A stretch of 54,070 bases of DNA, from positions 1 through 54,070 of the forward strand of contig JALVHV010000144.1 of the NCBI GenBank assembly GCA_027028845.1, read 5' to 3'. This document shows, piece by piece, positions 46,146 to 54,070 of this stretch (the first letter of the stretch is position 1; the number at the start of each line of letters is the position of its first letter). The notes under the pieces are model-generated. The model searched no databases and was not told the DNA's origin. It saw only the letters and a program-made list of their open reading frames with translations. Position numbers and translations under genes: made by a program. The DNA is from Pyrodictiaceae archaeon. GTDB taxonomy: Archaea > Thermoproteota > Thermoprotei_A > Sulfolobales > Pyrodictiaceae.

Positions 46146-47309
46146 ATGCCTGTAATTGAGATACCAGTAGGTCCTCAACACCCTGCTCTTCATGAACCGA
46201 TACTACTACGCGTCCGTGTTCGCGGCGAGGAGGTTGTAGGAGTAGACATAGTGACTGGATACAACCATAGAGGTATCGAGTGGCTTGCTGAGAGAAATAC
46301 ATGGCTAAAAACACTATATATAGCGACCCGTGTATGCGGCATATGCAACTTGATGCATGCAACATGCTATGTGCAAGCCCTCGAGAAACTAAACAGTATT
46401 AAGCCTCCTGAAAGAGCGCTTGCTCTAAGAACCATAGCTATGGAGCTAGAAAGGCTCCACAGCCACATGTTACTTGCCGCAGTAATGGCCGAAATACTGG
46501 GCTTTGAGAGCCTCTTTATGCTCATAATGAGGGATAGAGAGAAGATAATGTTGCTTAAGGAACTTGTCACTGGTAACCGAGTCTTATCTGACTACGTGTG
46601 GCCGGGCGGTGTTCGAAGAGACATTGATGACAGAATAGTAGAGAAGATAAAACGGACCCTAGACTATATTGAGGAACGAATACTATACTACAAGGACGTC
46701 TACGAGAACGATAAACTCCTAAGACTTAGACTCGAAGACATAGGCGTGATTAAGTACAATGAAGCCCTCTCATACGGCTTAGTTGGACCAACAGCTAGAG
46801 CTTCTGGGGTACAAATCGATGTAAGAAAAGACACGCCCTATGCCTGGTACGACGAGGTAGACTTTAAGATAGTAACTCGCAGAGAAGGGGATTGTTTAGC
46901 TAGAGTACTTGTACGTTTAGAGGAATCACTTGAATCGATAAAGATAATAAGACAAGCAATTGATAAGCTACCTAAAGGCCCCATTACCGCGCTAAAGATT
47001 CCTCCACGTACCTTTAGGCAGGGAGAAGCTATATCTCGAGTCGAGGCTCCCCGAGGCGAGCTCATATATCACGTAGTGAGCAGAGGGGGGAGAAACCCCT
47101 ATAGGGTCAAGATAAGAACACCAAGCTTTACAAATATACTAAATAGCGTGTTTGCTTACCGTGATGCAACGTTATCCGATGTGCCAGTAATACTTGCGAG
47201 CTTTGATCCCTGCATATCGTGCATGGAGAGAATAATGGTTGTAGATGAACGAAGTGGTGAGCAACGATTGGAGCCTGTTCGGAAGATTGTAAGAAGGAAG
47301 AGGAGGTGA
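46146..47309 (+). CDS. Group 4 [NiFe]-hydrogenase large subunit
   Basis: GPQHP, GYNHRGIE, L1 RVCGIC, EAPRGE, L2 DPCISCMER followed by a C-terminal extension. Confidence 0.95.
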   Translation: MPVIEIPVGPQHPALHEPILLRVRVRGEEVVGVDIVTGYNHRGIEWLAERNTWLKTLYIATRVCGICNLMHATCYVQALEKLNSIKPPERALALRTIAMELERLHSHMLLAAVMAEILGFESLFMLIMRDREKIMLLKELVTGNRVLSDYVWPGGVRRDIDDRIVEKIKRTLDYIEERILYYKDVYENDKLLRLRLEDIGVIKYNEALSYGLVGPTARASGVQIDVRKDTPYAWYDEVDFKIVTRREGDCLARVLVRLEESLESIKIIRQAIDKLPKGPITALKIPPRTFRQGEAISRVEAPRGELIYHVVSRGGRNPYRVKIRTPSFTNILNSVFAYRDATLSDVPVILASFDPCISCMERIMVVDERSGEQRLEPVRKIVRRKRR

Positions 47310-47316
47310 AGACGTA

Positions 47317-47700
47317 GTGCTTAAACTGGCTCGTGAGCTCCTCAAAAATCTACTAAGAAGACCCGTTACCATAGAGTATGGGATGAAAGCTAAGCCTAAT
47401 CCAACCGAGAGGTACCGGGGATTACACATAGTTAATCCCGATAAGTGCATAAGTTGTAGCCTATGCGCCATTGAGTGTCCTACTGGAGCTATAAAGATGA
47501 CAGAAATAGTGTATGGGGGAAAGAAGAAGAAAATACCAGTAATAGATTATGGTTTATGTGTATTCTGCTATCATTGCGTCGATATATGCCCGAAGAATGC
47601 CTACAATACATCTAATGAAATCCCGCCGCCAGTATTTGAGAGAACACTGCTAAGAGGAGATCCGCGTGAACCCAGGCCCTGGAGAACAGAAGAAGTGTAA
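47317..47700 (+). CDS. 2x[4Fe-4S] subunit, NuoI-like
   Basis: RYRG, CISCSLCAIECP and CVFCYHCVDICP. Confidence 0.92.
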   Translation: MLKLARELLKNLLRRPVTIEYGMKAKPNPTERYRGLHIVNPDKCISCSLCAIECPTGAIKMTEIVYGGKKKKIPVIDYGLCVFCYHCVDICPKNAYNTSNEIPPPVFERTLLRGDPREPRPWRTEEV

Positions 47701-48118
47701 GATACTCGTAATAGGTGTCGGTTCGCCTCTTCGCAGGGATGATGCAGCTGCTCTCTACTTGGTAGAGAAGCTCGGACGGAGAGGATATAGCTGTGTACTC
47801 GAATGCCCAATGGGGGTTGAGCTATGCGCTCATCGTATAAGAGAAATTAATCCCGAATTGCTGATAATAGTTGATGCAGCTTTAGGCGTAGAGGCAGGTA
47901 ACGTAGCCGTAATTAATAAGCCTCCTTCTCAGGGTCTTTGGACAACTCATAACATAGATCCTGAATTAATGCATAGGTACATATCCTCGTATGCTAATAA
48001 GGTCGTTTACTTGCTACTCGGAGTCAAAGATGTGGGAATAGGCGAGGGCTTATCAGTAGAGGCGCGCCGAGCCGTACAGAAGGCTCTAAAGCTTCTCGAG
48101 AAAATAATCGCTGCCTAA
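47666..48118 (+). CDS. Hydrogenase maturation endopeptidase (HycI-like)
   Basis: VIGVGSPLRRDDA, IIVDAA, TTH, GEGLS. Confidence 0.9.
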   Translation: MNPGPGEQKKCKILVIGVGSPLRRDDAAALYLVEKLGRRGYSCVLECPMGVELCAHRIREINPELLIIVDAALGVEAGNVAVINKPPSQGLWTTHNIDPELMHRYISSYANKVVYLLLGVKDVGIGEGLSVEARRAVQKALKLLEKIIAA

Positions 48119-48177
48119 GGAATCTTAGAGTAAACTTTTTGGGCCTATATCGCGGCGATGCGCTTGGGGTAGGAAGA

Positions 48178-48639
48178 GTGGCAGAGGCAATTAGGCTTGG
48201 CATAGTTGTCTCAGAGTTCAATTATGACGTAACGTACCTTATGCTTCAGCGAGCTATGAATCATGCTAAGTTCCTTGGCGCAGTAGTGGCCTATGTAGTT
48301 AAGGCTCCCGGTGCATATGATATACCATTGCTTGTTGAGAAGCTCTTGCGCAAAGACGATGTAGATGCTGTCGTAGCGCTAGGAGCCATTATCACGGGTG
48401 CTACTAAGCATGACGAGGTCATAGCTCATCAAGTTGCTAGGAAGCTAGTGGATCTAGCTGAGAAGTATGGGAAGCCCGTAACCCTAGGGATCTCCGGGCC
48501 AGGGATGAATAGAATGCAAGCCCTTGAGAGAGTAGATGACTATGCTAGGAGGGCCGTAGAGGCCGCGATCAAGCTAGCTCGCCGCATGAAGGCATTAGAG
48601 GAGGCAAAGTTCAGCGGGGAAACAGTGTTCATTGAGTAA
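48178..48639 (+). CDS. ribH: 6,7-dimethyl-8-ribityllumazine synthase
   Basis: IVVSEFN, PGAYDIP, LGAIITGATKHDE, KPVTLG; GTG start at 48178. Confidence 0.95.
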   Translation: MAEAIRLGIVVSEFNYDVTYLMLQRAMNHAKFLGAVVAYVVKAPGAYDIPLLVEKLLRKDDVDAVVALGAIITGATKHDEVIAHQVARKLVDLAEKYGKPVTLGISGPGMNRMQALERVDDYARRAVEAAIKLARRMKALEEAKFSGETVFIE

Positions 48640-49792
48640 CCGCGTATTTTTCGAAGCACTCTATGCTATAAACCCGGGCGATGAGAGCATAGAGCTAGTC
48701 ACTAGGCCGTGCATAGAGATAAACGAGGGCGTCATAAGTGGTTTTTCACCGGGATGCCCGCCGGGAGCCAAGAAGCTCCCTGTAGCAGTTCTTCCCGGGC
48801 TGTGTAATGCTCATCTCCATTTACTGGACTATGCTATAGCTGAGACTGGCGAGAATAAACGCCTAGAAGACCTAGTGGAGCTACCAAGGGGGCTAAAGTA
48901 TAGGCTCCTATCAAGGCTGAGCCTTGATACCTTGGAAGAAAGGCTCTCTATTGCAGCCACCAATATACGGAACCACGGAACTCTCTTTCTCGGTGTGTAT
49001 GCTGAGCTAGGCCAGATAGGAGCTAGTCTTGTTGCCCGCGTTCTCGACAGGTATAGGCTAAGCTTCCGCGTGCTCGTACAACCAAATAAGAAAGTGTATG
49101 CAGAATACAAGGAGCTCCTAGAAAGATATGGAGGTGTTGGTCTCGACACGGTCTTCGACCTTTCATCGCCGGAGCTAGTAGATCTCGTACAGCTTGCTCG
49201 CCGGGTCCATGGATATGTTCACGTCCACGTATCGGAGACCAGGGAGCTTTACGAGAAAGGGGATTACAAAGTAGCTCTCGAGGCTAAGCCACACGCAGCT
49301 GTGCATCTAACCATGCTTGGCGCCGACGAGTTAATGCAAGTAGCCAGGGAGGGTATAGGTATCATCTTCTGTCCTCGCTCAAACATATATCACACAGGTA
49401 GGCTTCCCCGACTCGATCTCCTCCCTGAGCTAATCGCTGAGACTAATGTGGCTCTCGGAACAGATAACGCGGCATGGATACCGCCATTTGTGGCCGAGGA
49501 GGCATCGTATGCCTACTTGTCCGTGCACCCCGTTTCCCGGAGCAAGGCAAGGGAACTAGCCGAGGCATTGCTGCTGAGCATCACTTCTAGTTGCGTTAGA
49601 CTCCTAGGCCTTTGGAGCAAGGAATACGACTCCCTATCGCTGGGTGCGTCACTGGTTCTTATACCAGAGCTTAGCTGGAGTAACGACCCCGTCACGACGA
49701 TTATTAAGAGAATGCAATCCTACAAGGTACTAGGAGCCCCGCCTGGCGAGGCTACACGTGTAATCCGCGAGCTCCTTGGCGAGGAAATCTAG
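48632..49792 (+). CDS. Metal-dependent amidohydrolase family protein
   Basis: PGLCNAHLH, HVHVSE, VH, CPRSN, LGTDN. Confidence 0.85.
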   Translation: MSNRVFFEALYAINPGDESIELVTRPCIEINEGVISGFSPGCPPGAKKLPVAVLPGLCNAHLHLLDYAIAETGENKRLEDLVELPRGLKYRLLSRLSLDTLEERLSIAATNIRNHGTLFLGVYAELGQIGASLVARVLDRYRLSFRVLVQPNKKVYAEYKELLERYGGVGLDTVFDLSSPELVDLVQLARRVHGYVHVHVSETRELYEKGDYKVALEAKPHAAVHLTMLGADELMQVAREGIGIIFCPRSNIYHTGRLPRLDLLPELIAETNVALGTDNAAWIPPFVAEEASYAYLSVHPVSRSKARELAEALLLSITSSCVRLLGLWSKEYDSLSLGASLVLIPELSWSNDPVTTIIKRMQSYKVLGAPPGEATRVIRELLGEEI

Positions 49793-50449
49793 AAGCTCCT
49801 CCCCGAGCTCTCTCGAGGCAATCACTTCCTCGTCGGGGTAGAGGCCGGGAACATCTCTATGAACCCACGGGGTATGTCTGGGTTCTCGTTGCTTACTCGT
49901 CTTAAGAGCATTGATAACGTCCTCTTTCCCGGCCTCCCTGACCCCTATGCTATAGCCACATGCGAGGAGGAGGCTAGCCTCCACTGGGTCAGCGTGCACT
50001 AATCCTATCCTAATGCCGTAACGCTTCTCTAGGTAACTAATGACCCTATCCCATGAGTTGAAAACAGCTACGCTGAAGCCCTCAGCTCGCAGCATCCTAG
50101 CGGCCACGTAGGCAACTGGATAAACCCCTCCGTGGAAAACGGCGAGTACCAGACCCTTACTCCACTCAAGCAGGCTCCTAGAGACTTCTACTAGGTACCT
50201 GGTGAACGTATCCGGCTTGGCTGTCACGCGGGGAATACTGTGCTCTATTGAGACAGTGTACGGGATAACCGGTGCCACGAGCGCATCGGGGCAGCTGGTG
50301 TCTGGAACAGTTCTCTCCGTGACACAGCTTGCTATGAGCGTATCCGTGCCAAGGGGTAGGACTCCATGGTTTTCGAGAGAACCTAGTGGGAGAATAACTA
50401 CGCGACCAACGGAGTCGCGACCCCGTAGCACTAGTAAATGCTCCTTCAT
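49730..50449 (-). CDS. Creatininase family protein (possible ArfB formamide hydrolase of riboflavin synthesis)
   Basis: LPLGSLENHG.LPLGTD, S.EH, HGG, HA..VE; riboflavin gene context. Confidence 0.8.
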   Translation of the reverse strand: MKEHLLVLRGRDSVGRVVILPLGSLENHGVLPLGTDTLIASCVTERTVPDTSCPDALVAPVIPYTVSIEHSIPRVTAKPDTFTRYLVEVSRSLLEWSKGLVLAVFHGGVYPVAYVAARMLRAEGFSVAVFNSWDRVISYLEKRYGIRIGLVHADPVEASLLLACGYSIGVREAGKEDVINALKTSKQREPRHTPWVHRDVPGLYPDEEVIASRELGEELLDFLAKELADYTCSLARRGS

Positions 50450-50527
50450 ATTTTATTACCATGTTCCTATAAGCCTCGTCACTTGTACTTAAAATGCTAT
50501 AAAGGGCCTCTTGGCCACGGTAGACCC

Positions 50528-50600
50528 TAATAGGGGGATGGCGACGCCGTCCCAGACAGAGCTATGCTGTGAAGACCTCACGACGATCCGACCCCTATTA
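50528..50600 (+). ncRNA. Candidate box C/D guide sRNA
   Basis: 9-bp terminal stem TAATAGGGG/CCCCTATTA, C-like ATGGCGA, 12-nt guide, D' CAGA, C' GTGAAGA, 12-nt guide CCTCACGACGAT, D CCGA; TATAAA upstream. Confidence 0.65.
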
Positions 50601-50720
50601 ATTGCTGCACTAGGCTATGTTTACTATCATGTCTTCCTCTGAAAAGAGGCACGCTTAACGATAATAGGCTCCTCCGAGGAACAAGCATAGCCGAGGAAGG
50701 GGAGTGCTCGGTGATTCTTC

Positions 50721-51449
50721 GTGAGCAGTGGCGGGCTTGCCAGCCACGAGATGAAGAGGTATGCTAGGCAACTACCGATACTTGGTGTTGAGGGGCAGCG
50801 GAAGCTTAAGAACACAAAGGTACTTGTTGCTGGTGTTGGTGGCCTGGGCTCTGTTGAGGCAATTTACCTGGCCGCTGTCGGCGTCGGTAAACTAGTCCTA
50901 GTTGATAATGATATAGTTGAGCTTAGTAACCTTAACCGGCAAATACTTCACTGGACCGACGATATAGGCAAGGCGAAGCCCATCTCGGCAGCTGAGAAGC
51001 TAAGGAAACTAAACCCTAATGTAGAGATAGAGGTCGTGACGGAGGGTATAACTAGGGAAAATGTTGAGGAACTGTTGAAGAAGGTAGACATAGTTATTGA
51101 CGGTCTCGATAACTGGGAGACTCGGTTCCTAATAGACGAGGCTGCTTATCGGCTTGGCAAGCCCTATGTATATGCGGGTATACATGGGTTCCAGGGACAA
51201 GTCACGATAATTGTGCCGGGAGAGACTCCTTGTCTACGATGTGTGCTTCCACCAAAGCTTAGGACGCCTCAACAAATCCCTGTAATAGGCTCGGTTGTCG
51301 GGATTGTGGGCTCTATAGCTGTCACGGAGCTCGTGAAGTATGTAACTGGTGTGGGTGAGGTAGCTAAGGGCAAGATGCTCGTTATAGATGCCTACTCGAT
51401 GGAGATGTTTAAGTTCGAGCTTACTCCTCGCAAGAACTGTACATGCTAA
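50721..51449 (+). CDS. ThiF/MoeB/HesA family E1-like adenylyltransferase
   Basis: RYARQ, GVGGLG, D.VELSNLNRQ, DGLDN, CLRC, C-terminal CTC. Confidence 0.92.
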   Translation: MSSGGLASHEMKRYARQLPILGVEGQRKLKNTKVLVAGVGGLGSVEAIYLAAVGVGKLVLVDNDIVELSNLNRQILHWTDDIGKAKPISAAEKLRKLNPNVEIEVVTEGITRENVEELLKKVDIVIDGLDNWETRFLIDEAAYRLGKPYVYAGIHGFQGQVTIIVPGETPCLRCVLPPKLRTPQQIPVIGSVVGIVGSIAVTELVKYVTGVGEVAKGKMLVIDAYSMEMFKFELTPRKNCTC

Positions 51450-51585
51450 ATAACTTCAGTAAGAATATTTCGAAGCCTGTGTAGAGCTGTACAAGCCCTA
51501 ATAAAGATATAGATGCTTGTTTCCTAGTGAAAATAGCTAAGAGAACAACTACTAGCACACCAGTCAATAATAGGGATGCAGGGCC

Positions 51586-52257
51586 TTGGAGTTCTCTAAG
51601 GCACTCAGCCAAGGAGCAATACGTATACCGGGCCCGCTCTTCGAAATCCTCGACGAGGTATTCGGTATAGAGCACCCGCTAGCTAGTGGACTAGCAGTAG
51701 CAAGAAACATGGATAAAGAGGAAATCGAGAAGACGATAAGGTCTAGGAGCTATTTGTTCCATGATACCAGCTACTTGCTAGTAGACTCTAATGACGTGCC
51801 AGAGAAGATTCTATGGATGAACACGGTCTATGTCTACACAGATAATAACGAGGCAGTATTAAAGAATATAGCTGAGCCCAAGATAATTGACCCTATGCCT
51901 TGTAGGAGGCTCTACGGCGACCCAATCGCCCTTGACGAGTTAGTTGTATGTACATCGCTGCGCCCATTAGTAGGGAGAGAGGTCTACTTCAAGACATTTA
52001 TATTCAAGACGAAGAAGAAGATCATTGATGTCGATGTGGAGGGTCTTTGTAGAGGCATAACTAGCTATGCTAGGAGAAGTGGTGGCGTGACAGTATACTT
52101 GCCGGTTCTCCTAAGACGGGAAGTGGATAGCATAGTGAATCTTGTGCAAACTAAGAGCATTGATCCAGAGTTTCTCCGATCCGGTGACATAGAGCCGCTG
52201 AGGGATCTCGTGGAAAAAGTTGTGAGGAAATCCATAGAGCTAGTAGGGCTCCAGTGA
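51586..52257 (+). CDS. Hypothetical protein
   Basis: 223 aa ORF, co-oriented with its neighbours; no recognised motif. Confidence 0.7.
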   Translation: MEFSKALSQGAIRIPGPLFEILDEVFGIEHPLASGLAVARNMDKEEIEKTIRSRSYLFHDTSYLLVDSNDVPEKILWMNTVYVYTDNNEAVLKNIAEPKIIDPMPCRRLYGDPIALDELVVCTSLRPLVGREVYFKTFIFKTKKKIIDVDVEGLCRGITSYARRSGGVTVYLPVLLRREVDSIVNLVQTKSIDPEFLRSGDIEPLRDLVEKVVRKSIELVGLQ

Positions 52258-52308
52258 AGAAACCCCTATTTCCTGCTTAGTGCTACCTCGCCATGCTCGG
52301 AGAAGTTT

Positions 52309-53469
52309 ATGGAGAAGGTTTTCTACGCAGCTCTTGCCGGGGAGATAGTTCTCAAGTCGGATAGGGTTAGGCCTCGTTTCCAGGCAAGACTAGTCGAGAA
52401 CCTAGTAGCTGCTTTCAAGAAATTCGGGGCTAGGTGCGAGAGACCAGCTATAATACAAGCACGGCTAGTTGGTAGGTGTGATAGCGATAATGATCTCGAG
52501 AGAGCCGTTCTCGCTGCAACACATACATTCGGTATCCATGGCTCAACCGTGGCGCATGTAGTAGAGTATCATGACCTCAGAGAGCTAGCCGAGAGAGTTA
52601 GGCTCGTAGCGGCTGAGTGGGTCAGGGGAAGGAAGTTCGCTGTACGAGCCAAGCGCACTGGTGTCGAGGGGTTCACGAGCCTTGATGTTGCCCGGGAGGT
52701 CGGCTCAGCTCTCTACAGCTACTCAGCAGGGGTTGACCTAGAGAATCCGGAGGTAGAAGTCTTTGTCGAGGTAAGAGGAGACAAGGCATACATCCATAAG
52801 GGGTTCCGGCCCGGGCCAGGCGGGTTACCCATAGGGGTGGAAGGAAGGGGCCTAGCCCTGTTCTCCGGAGGGCTTGATTCACCGGTCGCAGCATGGATGG
52901 CTGCTAAGCGCGGCATTGAAGTTGATCTCCTACACTTCATCCTTGCTTCTCCTCGCTCGCTCGAGGATGCTAAGCGTGTTGCCAAGAGGCTCGTAGAGCT
53001 GTGGCTTCATGGCTATAATCCACGGCTCTATGTAGTTGATTTCAGAGCCGTTACGGAGGCTATAAGGACGAGTGTTAGGCGCGACTACGCCCAAGTAGTG
53101 CTAAGGGCTGCGATGTTTAAGGCCGCTGAACTAATTGCTGAGAAACAAGGCTACCAAGCACTATTCACTGGGGAGAGTATTGGCCAGGTCTCTAGCCAGA
53201 CGCTTCACAACCTCTACGCCTTGGCGCGTGTTGTACCCTTACAAGTCCCGTTGATAAGGCCTCTTGCAGGCCTCGATAAAGAGGAAATAATTAGCATCGG
53301 TAGAAGAATAGGTATATATGAAGAGGCGGCGAAGACCAAGGAGTATTGTAGGTTAGGGAGCGGCCCAGTAACAACAAGGGCTAGGCCAGAGACTCTACGA
53401 GTAGAGTACGAGAAAGTACAAGACATGGCTATGAGAGCCGCTGAGGACTACTATGTAGAAGAACTTTGA
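52309..53469 (+). CDS. thiI: tRNA 4-thiouridine synthase ThiI (THUMP + PP-loop, no rhodanese domain)
   Basis: GEIVLKS, FAVRAKR, VDLENP, GPGGLP.G, LFSGGLDSPVA, TGESIGQVSSQT, RPL, EYC. Confidence 0.93.
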   Translation: MEKVFYAALAGEIVLKSDRVRPRFQARLVENLVAAFKKFGARCERPAIIQARLVGRCDSDNDLERAVLAATHTFGIHGSTVAHVVEYHDLRELAERVRLVAAEWVRGRKFAVRAKRTGVEGFTSLDVAREVGSALYSYSAGVDLENPEVEVFVEVRGDKAYIHKGFRPGPGGLPIGVEGRGLALFSGGLDSPVAAWMAAKRGIEVDLLHFILASPRSLEDAKRVAKRLVELWLHGYNPRLYVVDFRAVTEAIRTSVRRDYAQVVLRAAMFKAAELIAEKQGYQALFTGESIGQVSSQTLHNLYALARVVPLQVPLIRPLAGLDKEEIISIGRRIGIYEEAAKTKEYCRLGSGPVTTRARPETLRVEYEKVQDMAMRAAEDYYVEEL

Positions 53470-54070
53470 TAAACTCTATAGACTCGGGTAAGTGGATGAT
53501 TTATCTCGGGCCAAGGGTTAAGCACAAGCTCAAAAAGCTTCTCAGCAGGCTTAAAGACTACGCCCTCGATTATCCTCGGGGCCCCGTGCTCACTCACTAA
53601 CACTGGTACGATGATTCGTGGGGCTAAACGCCCTATCGGTAACTCCTCCTTGCCCTCCGCGACACGTCTAGCTACCTTGGCTAGCTTCCTCGCAATAGCT
53701 ACTAGGCGCTCGGGCGGCTCCCGCTTCACTAGGCGCACGAGGAAGATGATGCCGTCACGTCTAGCGATAACAATATCGGCGAATGGTACAGATCCCCTAA
53801 CCGCCTCAGCGCTATGGATTACGTCGCGCCTAGAGCGAATACGCTCCAATACACGGCTAATAAGAGGGCCTAGGAATATCTCCTCGACGCGGTCAAGAGC
53901 GCCAGTATAGCAAACACGGTCACCACTTATCCGGACAAGGCCCCTGGCCTCAAGCTCCTCCACGACTGCCCATGTCTCGGAGGGTGTTAGGCGTGCTAGG
54001 CCAGCAATAACAGCTATGCCGAGGCAAGGGCGACCCTTTTTCGCGCTCTCTCTTAGAGCGCGGAGCACCC
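53451..54070 (-). CDS. Hypothetical protein with N-terminal wHTH-like segment (5' end outside the window)
   Basis: Open frame to the window edge; IAGLARLTPSETWAVVEELEARGLV is wHTH-like, followed by an alpha/beta domain. Confidence 0.6.
   Translation of the reverse strand, partial: VLRALRESAKKGRPCLGIAVIAGLARLTPSETWAVVEELEARGLVRISGDRVCYTGALDRVEEIFLGPLISRVLERIRSRRDVIHSAEAVRGSVPFADIVIARRDGIIFLVRLVKREPPERLVAIARKLAKVARRVAEGKEELPIGRLAPRIIVPVLVSEHGAPRIIEGVVFKPAEKLFELVLNPWPEINHPLTRVYRVYQSSST

Noticed and set aside
38685-47700. Calling the cluster NADH dehydrogenase (complex I) or Mbx/Mbs
   Set aside because: Both CxxC Ni-binding motifs and a maturation protease are present, and NuoEFG are absent.
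38541-48123. 8-bp inverted repeat ATTCCTTA/TAAGGAAT at the hydrogenase cassette edges
   Set aside because: Short, overlaps stop codons, no transposase or target duplication; compatible with chance.
1-54070. CRISPR arrays, IS elements, integrases, rRNA genes
   Set aside because: No regularly spaced repeats, transposase/integrase motifs or rRNA-length sequence were seen.

Overview
Gene-dense core-genome segment of a hyperthermophilic crenarchaeon. Archaeal ribosomal proteins, CCA-encoding GC-rich tRNAs and GGAGGTG-type RBSs support this; Desulfurococcales/Pyrodictiaceae-like is an inference. Left part: partial pyruvate kinase, a superoxide reductase-like protein, a divergent Zn/Mn/Ni-type ABC transporter with a NikR-like regulator and a candidate operator, a phosphatase, a membrane-anchored S16 protease, and an APC permease fused to a nucleotidyltransferase domain. 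Then six tRNAs (tRNA-Ser(CGA) carries an intron), speE, a truncated TFS paralogue and a HerA-like ATPase. Middle: the S13-S4-S11-RpoD-L18e-L13-S9-RpoN-S2 cluster, MEMO1, isoprenoid genes with a degenerate mevalonate kinase-like gene in the mvk slot, gltX, L7Ae/S28e/L24e/ndk, ychF, L15e and RNase P proteins. Right part: a riboflavin cluster split by a ~9.5 kb, 12-gene complex-I-like group 4 [NiFe]-hydrogenase, followed by an amidohydrolase, a creatininase/ArfB-like gene, a ThiF-family E1 and thiI. Reading the intergenic DNA gives six candidate box C/D guide RNAs. Two have guides complementary to the neighbouring pre-tRNA-Ser, one of them to its intron. rps13 and gltX appear to start at non-canonical codons (CTG, ATA). 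No CRISPR array, transposase or integrase was seen. All product calls rest on motif recognition and synteny; no database searches were run.
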